Shown piece after piece: positions 20,455 through 30,589 of a DNA stretch of 64,000 nucleotides. Source of the DNA: a bacterium (lineage in GTDB: Bacteria > UBA8248); NCBI GenBank assembly GCA_963692865.2, contig OY843592.1:3424001-3488000 (forward strand). Reading direction: 5' to 3'. Position 1 is the stretch's first letter. Every line of letters begins with the position of its first letter. The notes under the pieces were generated by a model. It saw only the letters and a program-made list of their open reading frames with translations, ran no database searches and had not been told where the DNA came from. Made by a program: the position numbers and the translations under genes.

Positions 20455-21113
20455 GGGCGATCTCCTTCGCTCTCGGGTCCGTCTTCGAGGGGCACCTCCG
20501 TGATCCGCAAAAACGATCCCTCGGTTTCGAGCAGAGAAGGCGTGGCGGCCAGGCCGAAACGCCTCGCGAGCCGCCCGCCCTGGTCGAAGAAAAACGCCCG
20601 CCCGTGCGTCCGCGTAAGAGCCAGCGGACGGCCTGCGAGCAAAATGATCACGGAGGGTTTTTCACGGGCAATCGCCCAGGCGACTTCGACCTGTCGCGTC
20701 CCGTCGATGAACAGGAGATCGCGCGTCAGGGGATGTTTTTCGAGAGGATTGATCCGCGTTCCCCGGGCCGCAATCAGCTTTCCGTCATGTGCAAAAATGT
20801 CCCGCTCGATGGCGACCGAAGGGTCGAACCGGCGGATCCTGAGAAAGCGCGCGGGGCGGATGCCCGCTACGCGGGGAGGCGCCTCGATCCGCTTCCTGGC
20901 CCTCGTGAGCGACTCGCTTCTCATGCGTGCGAGTTCACCCGAAGTTTTCATCGCTTCGAGTCTCGCTTCTATCTCGGCGAGCAGGTCGGGCTCCTCGATG
21001 CGCCAGACCGCCCCGCGAACGCCCAGATCCTTCGCCACGGCTGTTCCCGCCGCGAGAGCGAGGGCGCAGGCGAGCGCCGCCGCGAAGAACCTCCGGGGCG
21101 GAAGCCGCTTCAT
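20451..21113 (-). CDS. traW: Pilus assembly protein TraW
   Basis: KDLGVRGAVWRIEEPD, GTRINPL, FFDQGG. Confidence 0.9.
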   Translation of the reverse strand: MKRLPPRRFFAAALACALALAAGTAVAKDLGVRGAVWRIEEPDLLAEIEARLEAMKTSGELARMRSESLTRARKRIEAPPRVAGIRPARFLRIRRFDPSVAIERDIFAHDGKLIAARGTRINPLEKHPLTRDLLFIDGTRQVEVAWAIAREKPSVIILLAGRPLALTRTHGRAFFFDQGGRLARRFGLAATPSLLETEGSFLRITEVPLEDGPESEGDRP

Positions 21114-21664
21114 GGCCGCGCCTCCCCGGGTTTCGCGAGGGGGCCTTCGAGCCCCAGCCAGGGGATGTCGGGAAGCGGAAGGGCGCGGCCCCGGATGCGC
21201 TCGCGCGGCACCAGGCCGATCTCCTCGTAGCGGCTGTCGTGGCTGTCCTTGTGATCGGCGTGGACGTAGTAGTGGCCGGGCGGGATGACGCCGGGTCCTA
21301 TCGCTTCCAGGGCGCGGCCGTTCAGCGCGCGCCGCTTGGCGATCCCGATGAATTCTCCCCGCACGAAGACGCGGCGATCGGGGTCCACCGCCACACTGTC
21401 TCCCGGCAGGCCGATGACGCGCTTCATGTAGGGAATCGAAGAACCCGCGGCTTCGGGCGGTTCGAAGAGGACAAGGGCACCTCGTTTGGGTGCTGCCATC
21501 ATCGGCAACACGAAATACCCCCATGCGCCGTCTGACCAGCTCGCGTTCACGTGAACGCGCGAGGCCGCGGCGAGCCACAGGCCCGAGAGCACGGCCATAC
21601 AGACCAGCGACCTGAAGCCCCGGGGGTTCGAGCGGATGCGTTCATCGGCGTCGGTTATCATCAT
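21110..21664 (-). CDS. S26 family conjugative signal peptidase (TrhF-like)
   Basis: NASWS, KRVIGLPGD, SHDSRY. Confidence 0.88.
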   Translation of the reverse strand: MMITDADERIRSNPRGFRSLVCMAVLSGLWLAAASRVHVNASWSDGAWGYFVLPMMAAPKRGALVLFEPPEAAGSSIPYMKRVIGLPGDSVAVDPDRRVFVRGEFIGIAKRRALNGRALEAIGPGVIPPGHYYVHADHKDSHDSRYEEIGLVPRERIRGRALPLPDIPWLGLEGPLAKPGEARP

Positions 21665-22025
21665 TTTTCTTCTCCTTGTTCAGAGGTGTGTTCGCCGCCA
21701 TCGCCGCCTCCACTTCCGCCGTCAGGTCCTCTGCGCCCGCGGCGACGGCGCCCGCCGTCAGCAGAACCACGCGCCGGCGCGCGGCGGTTCGCGCGAGCGC
21801 ATCTTCGAGCCGCACGGCCCAGGCGCGGGTGGCGGCCAGGGCCTTTTTCGAATCCCCGCCATCGCGCAGCGCCCTCGTCACGTAGTCCGCCGTGAGGTCG
21901 GCAAGACGTACGACCGCGATCCGGGGCGCTTTTTCGGGGGAGACCCGCACCGTCACGGCCGAGACGGCCGCCGCCACGCCTGCGGCGAGTAACAGGGCTG
22001 CCGCGAACGCCGGAACCCCTCTCAT
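21642..22025 (-). CDS. trbI: TrbI (F-type) family protein
   Basis: N-terminal TM, VVLL..AVAAGAEDLT C-terminal motif; position before the peptidase and traW. Confidence 0.7.
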   Translation of the reverse strand: MRGVPAFAAALLLAAGVAAAVSAVTVRVSPEKAPRIAVVRLADLTADYVTRALRDGGDSKKALAATRAWAVRLEDALARTAARRRVVLLTAGAVAAGAEDLTAEVEAAMAANTPLNKEKKNDDNRRR

Positions 22026-22351
22026 GAGATCTCTCCTGCCGCATGACGCTTCGCGCTCATCGGGACCCGGGCTCCCGTGTCCCGGCACCGGAACCAGGCC
22101 GTCCCCTCCTCGTCATGGAACATGTATGTGTAGCTGCCTGCGAAGAGGCGATTCAAAGGATCGGCAGAGAGCACGCCCGCCGAGATCGCCGCGCGGAACA
22201 CGCCTTCGGTGTCCTCGTATACCCGGATGAACCGCTTCCGCTTGGGCCGCCGCCCCCGTTCAGGCCGTCTCTTGTGTTCAGGCCGCATCGCACGATCCTT
22301 GTGATACCGACGAACACGGCGCCTCCTGCGCCGTCTGCATGTGCGCGTCAT
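22022..22351 (-). CDS. Hypothetical protein with Arg-rich N-terminus
   Basis: AAGGAG before ATG at 22351 (alternative start 22288); ATGA overlap with trbI. Confidence 0.5.
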   Translation of the reverse strand: MTRTCRRRRRRRVRRYHKDRAMRPEHKRRPERGRRPKRKRFIRVYEDTEGVFRAAISAGVLSADPLNRLFAGSYTYMFHDEEGTAWFRCRDTGARVPMSAKRHAAGEIS

Positions 22352-22385
22352 CTCCTTGCTCCTCTGGTGTCGGGTGGTTCTTCGT

Positions 22386-23033
22386 CTATGATTTCTCCGG
22401 GGCGGAAGCCGCAACGCTCCCCCCGGCGCCCGGGTTTTTCCTGAGATCGTTGAAGCGATCGAGCCAGAGCCTCGCCGCGCGGGCGGGGTCGATCGGCCTG
22501 ATGCGCCGGTCGAGCGGCGGGAAGGCGACGGCAGGCGCCGCGTTCCCGCTTGCTCCCGGCACGTCGCGCACCTCTGCGGACTCCGCCATCCGCGCCACGA
22601 AGCGCACGAGTTCCGCATGCGCAGAAGTCGGTTTCGCGCCGAGTCCGGCCGCCTCGCGCACGGCCCTGTCTATTTTTCCACCGAGACGTCGCAGCTGCGG
22701 CGTCGACCGCCGCGAGGGGGCGGCGTCGGGACCGAGCCACGCGACGCTCGCCTCGAACAGCAGGGCATGGAGCGCCGCCCCCCGGACGTCCTCGCCCCCG
22801 GAGCCGCTCAGGTCTTCTATCGCCTCGCTCATCGTCACCGCGTGGGCCGCCAGGGAGTGGAAGCGCCTGAGACGCCCGTCCCGCCGGCAGGTGTTGGCGA
22901 GCACGTGGGCCAGGGCCTCGAAGTCGACGGCTTCGGCCGTCAGCGAATCGGGGTCCCCCGGCCAGGCGATCGGCCTTTCCTCCACACCCCCTGGGTGCGC
23001 TCTTCTTCTCGCGTTCATGTGGTTTCTCTCCAT
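22386..23033 (-). CDS. Degenerate HD-domain (YfbR-like) protein
   Basis: AHVLANTCR..G...FHSLAAH and ALLFEASVAWLG in place of ALLHDAxEAYxGD. Confidence 0.65.
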   Translation of the reverse strand: MERNHMNARRRAHPGGVEERPIAWPGDPDSLTAEAVDFEALAHVLANTCRRDGRLRRFHSLAAHAVTMSEAIEDLSGSGGEDVRGAALHALLFEASVAWLGPDAAPSRRSTPQLRRLGGKIDRAVREAAGLGAKPTSAHAELVRFVARMAESAEVRDVPGASGNAAPAVAFPPLDRRIRPIDPARAARLWLDRFNDLRKNPGAGGSVAASAPEKS

Positions 23034-23075
23034 TCGGGTTGATGTTCGTTTTCAGGTGTCAGGGGTGATGAAACG

Positions 23076-25577
23076 TCACGGCGCGCCTTCTTCGGCGACC
23101 CGCGCGACGGCTTCCTCGGTGGTGAGACCCTCTTCCTTCATTTTCTCGATGGCCGCGAAGGCGGGTCCGCGCGAGGAATAGAGCGCCTGCGACCAGCGGT
23201 CCAGCGCCAACCGCGCCACCCGCCAGCCGTCCGGGCCGTGCAGCACGATTTCCGCGTGGCGCCCGTCCACGGTGGCGAGGCTCTTGAGCGCGCGCTCCAT
23301 CCCGGGGTCGCAGTGGATGCGTTTTTCCTGCTTGAGGAGTTCTACGGACTCGTCCTTTTGCGCGAGAAAAATCACCCAGTCGGAGTTGTCCCAGGCCGCG
23401 CGGGCGGCCGGGTTCGCGTAGTAGTCGTTCACGCTCTGGGTGCCGGTGACGAGCGCGCCGCGGTACTTGCGCGCGCGGCGGGCGGCGCCTTCCAGGAACG
23501 CCTTGCTGTCCTCGCCCGAGAGCAGGTCCCATGCCTCATCGATCACGATCGCCTTGGGACGCGTCCTGGGGCCGTGGTACATGCGCTGGGTGGCGAGAAA
23601 CACCACCAGCATGAGCACGACGCCCTGCAGGTCACCGCGTCCCTTGAGTTCCGCGAGTTCGAACACGGTGAGCGCGGCGTCGAGCGCGGGCGTCCCGCCC
23701 CCCTCGAAGAGCCTCCCCATCGCGCCGCCCGGGCGCCAGGGACCCAGCGCGAGCGCCATATCGGATGCGCGCTTATCCCCTGCGGCTTCCAGCCCTTTCT
23801 GCACGAGGCCCAGATCCGCCTCGTTTCCCGCCTCCTCCCAGGCGCGCGCAATGGCCTCGTCGATGAGGGCCGCCTCGATGTCGTCGATCCGCCCGCGCCG
23901 CCTGCACATGCGGCCGACCACCGAGGCCAGCATGGCGAAGGACTCCTCGCGGTAGTCGCCGTCTCTCGCCGCCGTCCCGGCGTCGATCATGGCGAAGGGG
24001 TTCAGGCGCGCGGGGTCCTTGCCGAAGGCGATGAAGGCGCCGCCCAGGGCTTCCGCCGTGTGCTGGAAGGATCGCCCGTCGTCGATGACGACCGCCTCTC
24101 CGTCCGCGCCGGCGATCCCGGCGACGAGTTCCTGCATCAGGACGGACTTGCCCGAACCGGATTTTCCCGTCACGGCCACGTTGTAGTTCCCCGCCTCGTT
24201 CGCGAAGGGGGACCAGGGGGCGGGCTGCCCGCGTCTTCCCAGCAGCAACAATGCGGGCGGCGCGTCCGTCCGCGCCCGCTGGCCGCGCCACTCACCGTGC
24301 ACGGGAGCGAGGTTGACGGCGGATGAGGTCAGCAGCGTCTTCATCCGGCCCATCCGGGCGAGGTCGGCGTCGAGTCCGCCCGCGGGCGCCATCGGCAGGC
24401 AGGCGAGCCAGCCGGGCAGGTGGGCGTAGCGCTCCGCCCCCAGCCGCCAGCCCTGGCCGTGGTAGATGGCGCGCACCGCCTGCTCGGCCTCGTCTATCGC
24501 GTCGAGCGGCGCGTAGATCGCCGCCATGTAACAGGCCCGGACCAGGCGCTCGCCTTCCTTGAGCCGCTCGGTCACGAAGCGCCAGTCCCGGGCCTTCTCC
24601 GGAAGGCCCGGCAGGTAGCGCGCGATGCCCGTGCCTGCCTGCTGCGTCGCGCGGGCGGATTTGAGGAACGCGCGCTCCCCGTCGGCCGCCTCGCCCATCA
24701 TCACGGTGAGCGCGGTCAGGACCGGCGCGCCCGGCTGCAGGAAGTCCCTGTAGAAGTCTCCTATCAGCGCGTTGCCCCGCCAGCCGGGCCACACCTCCGG
24801 GTATGCGCGCGCGGAGAGCACGCGGAGGCCCAAGTCCGTGCCGTCCGGGTGGTGGAAGACCAGTCCCGCCGGCGCCACGCTCATCGCGCGTCCCGGCGCC
24901 GCGCATTGCAGGTGGATCGGGTCGCGGGGCGACCAGCGCCTCTCGGGGCGTTCGAGTCCGCCGTCGTGCTCTCCCTCCAGGTCGGGCGCCGTGAGTTCCG
25001 CAGCGAGCGATAGCAGATCGTCGGGCTCCATCCGCCGCGCCCAAGTCCCGATCGAGGCGAGCGCGCCCTCGATCGCGCGGCGGAAGCCGCCGAGCGCGGT
25101 CTCAGAAGCCGGTCCCGGCCGTCCCGGCAGGCAGGCCGCGAGGAACACCCGGCAGTCGTTCAGGGTGTACGGCGGCCCGCCCTCATGGAGCGGACGCCAG
25201 CCGGCGCCCCTGAAGAGCGCTTCGCGCCGCGCCGCCATCACCGCCTGCAGACCGCCCGCGGCCTCCCTCGGCGCGGCCCAGTCCCCGATCGCCTGCCCGT
25301 AGCGCGGGCTCGTCCAGTGGATCACCTGCACCACGGAGCGATCCGGCGCCGAGTCGGCGAGCGTTCCCGCCAGCGCGTCCAGCGTCCCCTCGTCCACGCC
25401 CGCGAAGGGCGGCAATTCCAGGACGAAACCCAGGCTCCCCGCGTTCACGTAGAACTCGCCCGACTCGTCCCAGGCGCGCCAGGGCAGGAGATCGACGAGC
25501 GGGGCCGGGATGGCCGGGAGCGTCCAGGGCACCAGCGCGTCGGCGCCCCCGAAGATGTCCTTCAATCGATCGATCAC
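23076..25577 (-). CDS. traC: VirB4-like ATPase TraC (F-type)
   Basis: NYNVAVTGKSGSGKS, IDEAWDLL, RRARKY; GTGA overlap with traV. Confidence 0.94.
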   Translation of the reverse strand: MIDRLKDIFGGADALVPWTLPAIPAPLVDLLPWRAWDESGEFYVNAGSLGFVLELPPFAGVDEGTLDALAGTLADSAPDRSVVQVIHWTSPRYGQAIGDWAAPREAAGGLQAVMAARREALFRGAGWRPLHEGGPPYTLNDCRVFLAACLPGRPGPASETALGGFRRAIEGALASIGTWARRMEPDDLLSLAAELTAPDLEGEHDGGLERPERRWSPRDPIHLQCAAPGRAMSVAPAGLVFHHPDGTDLGLRVLSARAYPEVWPGWRGNALIGDFYRDFLQPGAPVLTALTVMMGEAADGERAFLKSARATQQAGTGIARYLPGLPEKARDWRFVTERLKEGERLVRACYMAAIYAPLDAIDEAEQAVRAIYHGQGWRLGAERYAHLPGWLACLPMAPAGGLDADLARMGRMKTLLTSSAVNLAPVHGEWRGQRARTDAPPALLLLGRRGQPAPWSPFANEAGNYNVAVTGKSGSGKSVLMQELVAGIAGADGEAVVIDDGRSFQHTAEALGGAFIAFGKDPARLNPFAMIDAGTAARDGDYREESFAMLASVVGRMCRRRGRIDDIEAALIDEAIARAWEEAGNEADLGLVQKGLEAAGDKRASDMALALGPWRPGGAMGRLFEGGGTPALDAALTVFELAELKGRGDLQGVVLMLVVFLATQRMYHGPRTRPKAIVIDEAWDLLSGEDSKAFLEGAARRARKYRGALVTGTQSVNDYYANPAARAAWDNSDWVIFLAQKDESVELLKQEKRIHCDPGMERALKSLATVDGRHAEIVLHGPDGWRVARLALDRWSQALYSSRGPAFAAIEKMKEEGLTTEEAVARVAEEGAP

Positions 25578-26074
25578 GGAAGCCTCCAGCGCGCGGGCGC
25601 TATTACCGCGCGCACCCAGCCCGCCTCGCGGTAGACGCCCTCCTCGTCCACGTAGGGCGCGATCCATATCCGGGCGACGCGTTCTTTCGTGCGCAGCGTT
25701 TCATCGGCCGGATCGGGGGGTTCCGCTCCGGGCATGGCGAACAGCGGCTCGGCCGTGGCCACCTCCCCGTCGTCTTCCTCATCGAGGCGGAAAAGTTCCG
25801 CGAACCAGGCGATGATGCCGCTCAGGAACGCTGTCCCGGTGGTTTCCGCGGGGCGGAGGGCAGCGGGGGGAGTCGTTTCCCGTGCTTCCGCCGTTGTCGT
25901 GGCGGCGGGGTCCGCCTCGGAAACGTTCTGGCAGGCGACGCCCTGCGCGATGGGGCATTGCCAGGATTCACCCACGTGATTGCTCCCCGCGCAGCCCGTG
26001 AGGAACAGGGCGGCCAAAAGCGCCGTCAGCAAATGAAATCTTCCTGTCGATAATGGATGGGTATTCGTTCTCAT
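25574..26074 (-). CDS. traV: Lipoprotein TraV
   Basis: LTGC lipobox, two further Cys, RIWIAPYVD. Confidence 0.88.
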   Translation of the reverse strand: MRTNTHPLSTGRFHLLTALLAALFLTGCAGSNHVGESWQCPIAQGVACQNVSEADPAATTTAEARETTPPAALRPAETTGTAFLSGIIAWFAELFRLDEEDDGEVATAEPLFAMPGAEPPDPADETLRTKERVARIWIAPYVDEEGVYREAGWVRAVIAPARWRLP

Positions 26075-27300
26075 CTTCTGCTCCCGTGGTTGTTGTTGCT
26101 CTTCCTGTCTTCTCTCCCGTCGAGCCGGGTGCCCTCGATGAACACGACGGTGACGCGCGTGCCCGTCTGGAGCTGGATCACCGGCTGGTACTGCTCGGCC
26201 CGGCGGATCAGGTAGTCCGCCACCCGGCGGCCGGCCGACCCGGCGCCCGCGCCCAGACCCGCGCGCCCCAGGTCGCTCAGGCTCGCCGCGTTCTCCGCCC
26301 CCGTCGTCCCGGCAGGCGCCTGGAGCACGTTGGCGGCGGTCTCGCCCGCCCCCGATACCAGGCCCGCGAGGAAGGCCTTCTCCACGAGCGCCCCCTCGCG
26401 GCTCACCACCGGACCCCGTACGCCGGCCTTGCCGCCGCCCGCCACGAAGCCCGAGACTTCCGTCTCGATCACCGTCCCGGGCTCGGGACCAGCGCAGGTC
26501 ATGGTCCGAAGCCGCACGTAGACCTTCTCCGACGAAAGGTCCCCGTAGGCGGCGCCCGTCAGCGTGCAGCCTGCGACGTCGGCTTCCATCGCTTTGCCTT
26601 CCGCCGCTGCGCTCCGCGCCCTGCCCGTGAGGCGAAGCAGGACCGGCCGCGGGTCGCCCTGGGAGGCGACGCCCGCCGAGGCGTCCACCCCCGCCAGCAC
26701 CACCGCCTCCGCGTAGGCGCCCGCGGGCAGCCAGGAGGAAACGGGGCGCGGTCCCGGACCTGGAGCATTCCCGCCCGCGGGATTCGGGGTTTTCTCGAAT
26801 TCCCGGATCATGGGCGCATTCGCCGACGAGGCTCTCGCGCCGGGTGGGGCGCGGTACCCCTTCGCGCCCGGCGCAGGCCGCTTCGCCCGGACGGGCGCGG
26901 CGGGGCGGGTCTCCAGTTTTTTGCGCAGTTCGTCGATCGCCGCCGCCTGGCGGTCGATCACCATCCGCCCGTCCGCCGCGCCCTTGGCGAGGCGCGCCCT
27001 CAGCCGCGCGTTCTCCTCCTCCGAGCGCCGGCTCTTCGTCTCCATCTCGCGGAGCCGGGCCTCCATCTGTCCGATCCGGGCCTCCGATCGCCTCACCCAG
27101 ACGGCTTCCGCGGACCCTGCGCCCGCGAGTTCCGCCCGGACCCCGCCCCGGGTCGGCGGCGCCTCGCCGCCTCCCGCCGAGAACCAGGCCGCGAAGGCGA
27201 CGAGCACAGCCGCCGCCAGGCCCGAGAACAGGAGCAACTGCCGGTTCCGGATCTTCCGGCTCTCGGGGTCCATCGTCGTTTTGTCCGCACTGCTCATCAC
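26071..27300 (-). CDS. traB: TraB (VirB10-like)
   Basis: TM plus coiled coil, GDLSSEKVYVR, AEQYQPVI. Confidence 0.92.
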   Translation of the reverse strand: MMSSADKTTMDPESRKIRNRQLLLFSGLAAAVLVAFAAWFSAGGGEAPPTRGGVRAELAGAGSAEAVWVRRSEARIGQMEARLREMETKSRRSEEENARLRARLAKGAADGRMVIDRQAAAIDELRKKLETRPAAPVRAKRPAPGAKGYRAPPGARASSANAPMIREFEKTPNPAGGNAPGPGPRPVSSWLPAGAYAEAVVLAGVDASAGVASQGDPRPVLLRLTGRARSAAAEGKAMEADVAGCTLTGAAYGDLSSEKVYVRLRTMTCAGPEPGTVIETEVSGFVAGGGKAGVRGPVVSREGALVEKAFLAGLVSGAGETAANVLQAPAGTTGAENAASLSDLGRAGLGAGAGSAGRRVADYLIRRAEQYQPVIQLQTGTRVTVVFIEGTRLDGREDRKSNNNHGSRR

Positions 27301-28028
27301 GGCCTCCCTCCGCGTCCGACCTCACTCACAGTCACGACGAGCCGTCCGTCCGAGGGACCGCTCGCAGGCTTTCCCGCCCAGAGCGCGGCGGCGCCCGGCG
27401 CCATGCCTCGCATGAGGGCCCGGGGGTCGTCGCCCAGGGCCGAATCCACCTCGTAGACGCGCGCGATGAAGCGCCGCCCGCGCCAGGTTTCCAGGAGCGC
27501 GAGGCCCTCTGGACGTGACGTTTCGGATGTCGTGTGAATCACGTAGCCGGGGAGAACCTCGCGCAGTGCGACCGCGCGCACCAGCGCCACGATCGCGCCC
27601 ACGCGGCCCTCGCGGGGAGCGGGGCTTTCCTCCCGAGGCGCCGCGTCGGCGTTCCGGATCATGATCTGCGCGGAATCCCGCGCGGCGGTCCTTAACGTCA
27701 ACCGGTAGGTGAAGCCCTTCGCCGTCCCGATGAACAGCGTCAACGGCGCCCGCGCAGGGGCGGTGGTTTCCAGGGGCCGCAGGTAGAGGTCCCCGTGCGA
27801 CTTGTCGTGTTCGAGCGTAAAACCGTCCGGCCCCCGGACCACGCGCGCGACACGATCGTTTGCAAGCGTTATCCGGCTCACCGCACGGTCGGATATCTCG
27901 GCTTCGAGTTCCGCGTGGTCGGCACCGTCCAGGATCTGCATTCCAAAAACAGGAGCCGTCCACGGCGGGAGCGCCGCAACCAGAATCAAAGTGGTCAGAA
28001 TCATCGGAATTCTTCTCGTTCGCATCAT
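27297..28028 (-). CDS. traK: Secretin-like TraK
   Basis: Signal peptide, GDLYLRP, LFIGTAKGFTY; lies between traE and traB. Confidence 0.85.
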   Translation of the reverse strand: MMRTRRIPMILTTLILVAALPPWTAPVFGMQILDGADHAELEAEISDRAVSRITLANDRVARVVRGPDGFTLEHDKSHGDLYLRPLETTAPARAPLTLFIGTAKGFTYRLTLRTAARDSAQIMIRNADAAPREESPAPREGRVGAIVALVRAVALREVLPGYVIHTTSETSRPEGLALLETWRGRRFIARVYEVDSALGDDPRALMRGMAPGAAALWAGKPASGPSDGRLVVTVSEVGRGGRP

Positions 28029-28029
28029 C

Positions 28030-28587
28030 CTATTTGCGAGCCTCCAGTTCCTCGAAACGAAGCAGGCCGATCCGGCCCGCGTCCACGCGGAAGGACAACC
28101 GGTAGCGCTTCCGCTCGCGCGAGACCGGCTCGCGCCCCACCCAGGTTGCCAGCTCCCCGCCCACGACGACCGTCAGTCTCTCGGGGTCCGCCTCGATCCG
28201 CCCGGGGTAGAAGGCGGTCGTGAGGTCGCGCCGCGCCATGCGCCCGGCCTCGGCCGCGACCCAGGCGCCGATCGCGCCCCGCGCGGAGGCGTGGGCGAGC
28301 CGCGCCGCCGCCTCGCGGGCGTGCTCCGCGTTCTCGGGCGTGAGCGTAAGCAGCGTCACCGCCACGGTCCGCCCCATGTCCTCGAGGTAGCGGAGCCCCG
28401 TCCGCCCGCCGCCGACCTCCCACGCCGGCCCCGCCACGGCGGGCACCAGCACCGTCATGCGCTCCACCGAGGCGAGGCCGACGCTCAGTCCCAGGTTGGC
28501 CAGCAGCGATAGTGCGAGCAGCGTGGCCAGCGCCATGCGCCCGTCCCGAACGCGCCGCCGCTCGGTTTCCATCAGTTCGCGTTTCAT
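28030..28587 (-). CDS. traE: TraE
   Basis: N-terminal TM, VLVP, YLEDM...LTLTPEN. Confidence 0.85.
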   Translation of the reverse strand: MKRELMETERRRVRDGRMALATLLALSLLANLGLSVGLASVERMTVLVPAVAGPAWEVGGGRTGLRYLEDMGRTVAVTLLTLTPENAEHAREAAARLAHASARGAIGAWVAAEAGRMARRDLTTAFYPGRIEADPERLTVVVGGELATWVGREPVSRERKRYRLSFRVDAGRIGLLRFEELEARK

Positions 28588-28601
28588 CCCCTACAACCTC
28601 C

Positions 28602-28895
28602 TCATCCGATGAAGCGGCGCAGGTGGCTCGGCGGCGCGCCCTTGAGCCCCAGCGCGAAGCCGGGCAGGAACCAGTAGAGCGCGCAGATCGCGACGTCCGC
28701 CCCGCCGCCCCGCTTCGCGCGGCGCAGGAGCGCCCAGCCCGCGAGACCGGCCAGGAGACCCGTCAGGAAGGCGTTCGCCGCCAGACCCAGGAGCGCCGGC
28801 CCAAGCAGGGCCGCCGCCTCGTCCAGGGTCCAGAACAGCCAGCGCTCCGGGTCGTCGAGGCGAGAGGGGATGGCGTGTTTCGCCTGATCGTTCAT
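28602..28895 (-). CDS. traL: TraL
   Basis: IPSRLDDPERWLFWTLDE, YWFLP, PPS. Confidence 0.9.
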   Translation of the reverse strand: MNDQAKHAIPSRLDDPERWLFWTLDEAAALLGPALLGLAANAFLTGLLAGLAGWALLRRAKRGGGADVAICALYWFLPGFALGLKGAPPSHLRRFIG

Positions 28896-28904
28896 CCGTC
28901 CCCC

Positions 28905-29204
28905 TCATATGATCGCCGTTCCGACGAGGCCCGTGACGATGCCGGTGCCCGCGCCCGCCGCGATGCCCACTCCCACCGCGCCCGCGAGTTGGGCTGCGTT
29001 GAAGCGAAGCACCGAACCCACCAAGGCGGCGCCCACGGCGAGCGCGGCCGCCAGCTGCCCGCCCGTGCCCGAGACGATCCCGGTCACCGTGTCGAGCGGA
29101 GCCGAGAACGTCGTGTCCGTCGTCGCCCAGGCTTGGTCGAATCCCCACAGCGCCCACAGGAGCGCGGCGAGCAGGCATCTGCTCAGGAAAGAAACTCTGT
29201 TCAT
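28905..29204 (-). CDS. traA: Conjugative pilin TraA
   Basis: Leader ending AWA followed by two hydrophobic helices; directly upstream of traL. Confidence 0.75.
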   Translation of the reverse strand: MNRVSFLSRCLLAALLWALWGFDQAWATTDTTFSAPLDTVTGIVSGTGGQLAAALAVGAALVGSVLRFNAAQLAGAVGVGIAAGAGTGIVTGLVGTAII

Positions 29205-29941
29205 CACGCAACCCTCCTTCCGTCGTCCGAGGTGGAGGTCCGCCTCCGCGCGGCGGCCCAGGCCTCGAGGTCCGCGAGCAGGTAGCGCACCCGCGAACCG
29301 AAACGATGAAACGCAGGCCCCGCCCCGCTCACGTGGTAGCGGTCCAGCGTCCTCCTCGAGAGGCCCAGCCACTCCGCCGCCTCCCGCGTACTCAGGTAAT
29401 GCTTGCCGTTCCCTTTCATGCACATCTCCCCTTCTGTCTCGGTCCCGCCAGTCGGGACCCCTGTAGTCTGCGGGCAGGACGCCGCCCGCGGGAAAGGTTT
29501 CACACCGGCCGTATCCGCCACCCGGGCGCGGATAACCCGCAGATCCTCTTCGCTCGCGTGCGAAGCCATCCAGGCGCGAACCCGCTCAATCGTCGCAAGC
29601 CGCGGCGAATACCCGCGGCGCAGTTTCCACACGAAGGAAGGACTGCCCGTGGCCTCCTCGCCAAGCACCCGCGGCTTCGTCCCCGTCAAGGCCATGAACG
29701 CCTCGACCTCGCTCCTGAAGGCCGGTCCCAGCGGCGGAGCCCCCATGAAGGCGAGCACCCGGTCCGCCGTCTTCATCCCCACGGAGCGTCCCCGGCGCAG
29801 TTCGTCCACGAAATCCGGATCTCCGAGCGCGGCTCTCCCGAGATATCTCGCGCTCACGCCGTGGCGCGCGCACCACGCGGCAACGCAGCGTTTCAAATTG
29901 TCGTCCAGGGGCATCTCTGTGTGATGAGCGAGCGTCTTCAT
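29204..29941 (-). CDS. DNA-binding protein: two tandem Cro-like domains fused to a C-terminal AlpA/excisionase HTH
   Basis: Duplicated LG..A.G.P.FV..LRRG.S...T..RV.A.M unit; YLSTREAAEWLGLSRRTL...GPAF...VRY. Confidence 0.75.
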   Translation of the reverse strand: MKTLAHHTEMPLDDNLKRCVAAWCARHGVSARYLGRAALGDPDFVDELRRGRSVGMKTADRVLAFMGAPPLGPAFRSEVEAFMALTGTKPRVLGEEATGSPSFVWKLRRGYSPRLATIERVRAWMASHASEEDLRVIRARVADTAGVKPFPRAASCPQTTGVPTGGTETEGEMCMKGNGKHYLSTREAAEWLGLSRRTLDRYHVSGAGPAFHRFGSRVRYLLADLEAWAAARRRTSTSDDGRRVA

Positions 29942-30589
29942 GGGATAAATATATATGAATATATATGTTTTTATCAATAACTAAATATATCTAGTTTCCT
30001 GCGATTTTTTGCCACCCCCGCTCTCACTTGCGAACGGCTGCGCAGGGATATGGCAAAAAAGGTGATTTTCTTTCACAGCGACGGCGTGCAGGGGAGCGAG
30101 GCGGGGCCCCGAGACTCCGCACGGGAGAGAAACTGTCGCTTGAACCCGGAAAAACAGGCATTCCGACAGACGAATATAAAACGAAAACAAGCGAACCGCA
30201 ACACAGCTCCATGCCGGGAAACCTGATTGCCTGAAATTCACGGGCGCGCCACGCGGCATCACGGGAAAAACGGGTTCCGCCGATGACGGCCAGGAGAATG
30301 CAATCGGGGTGAATACTTGACACGGGGGCCACCGGTCATCGAAAGCTGCGCACCCTCCGGTCGGGATTCCACCAACCCGCACCCTCTCCGAAGCACCTGT
30401 AAAACCGGCCCGTAGCTTCCGTTGCGTGGTTCAATCGACGCTGAACGCAGGCGCCACAGGAATCGCTCATATCTCCTGCAACTCGCCTCTCACCGCCGGG
30501 AGGCCGAGCCGGGCGGGGCGAGGGCGAAGGCGGGAAGGTCCGAGAGGATTCCCGCTACGTTCCCATTCCATCCTCAGGAGGAGATTCAT

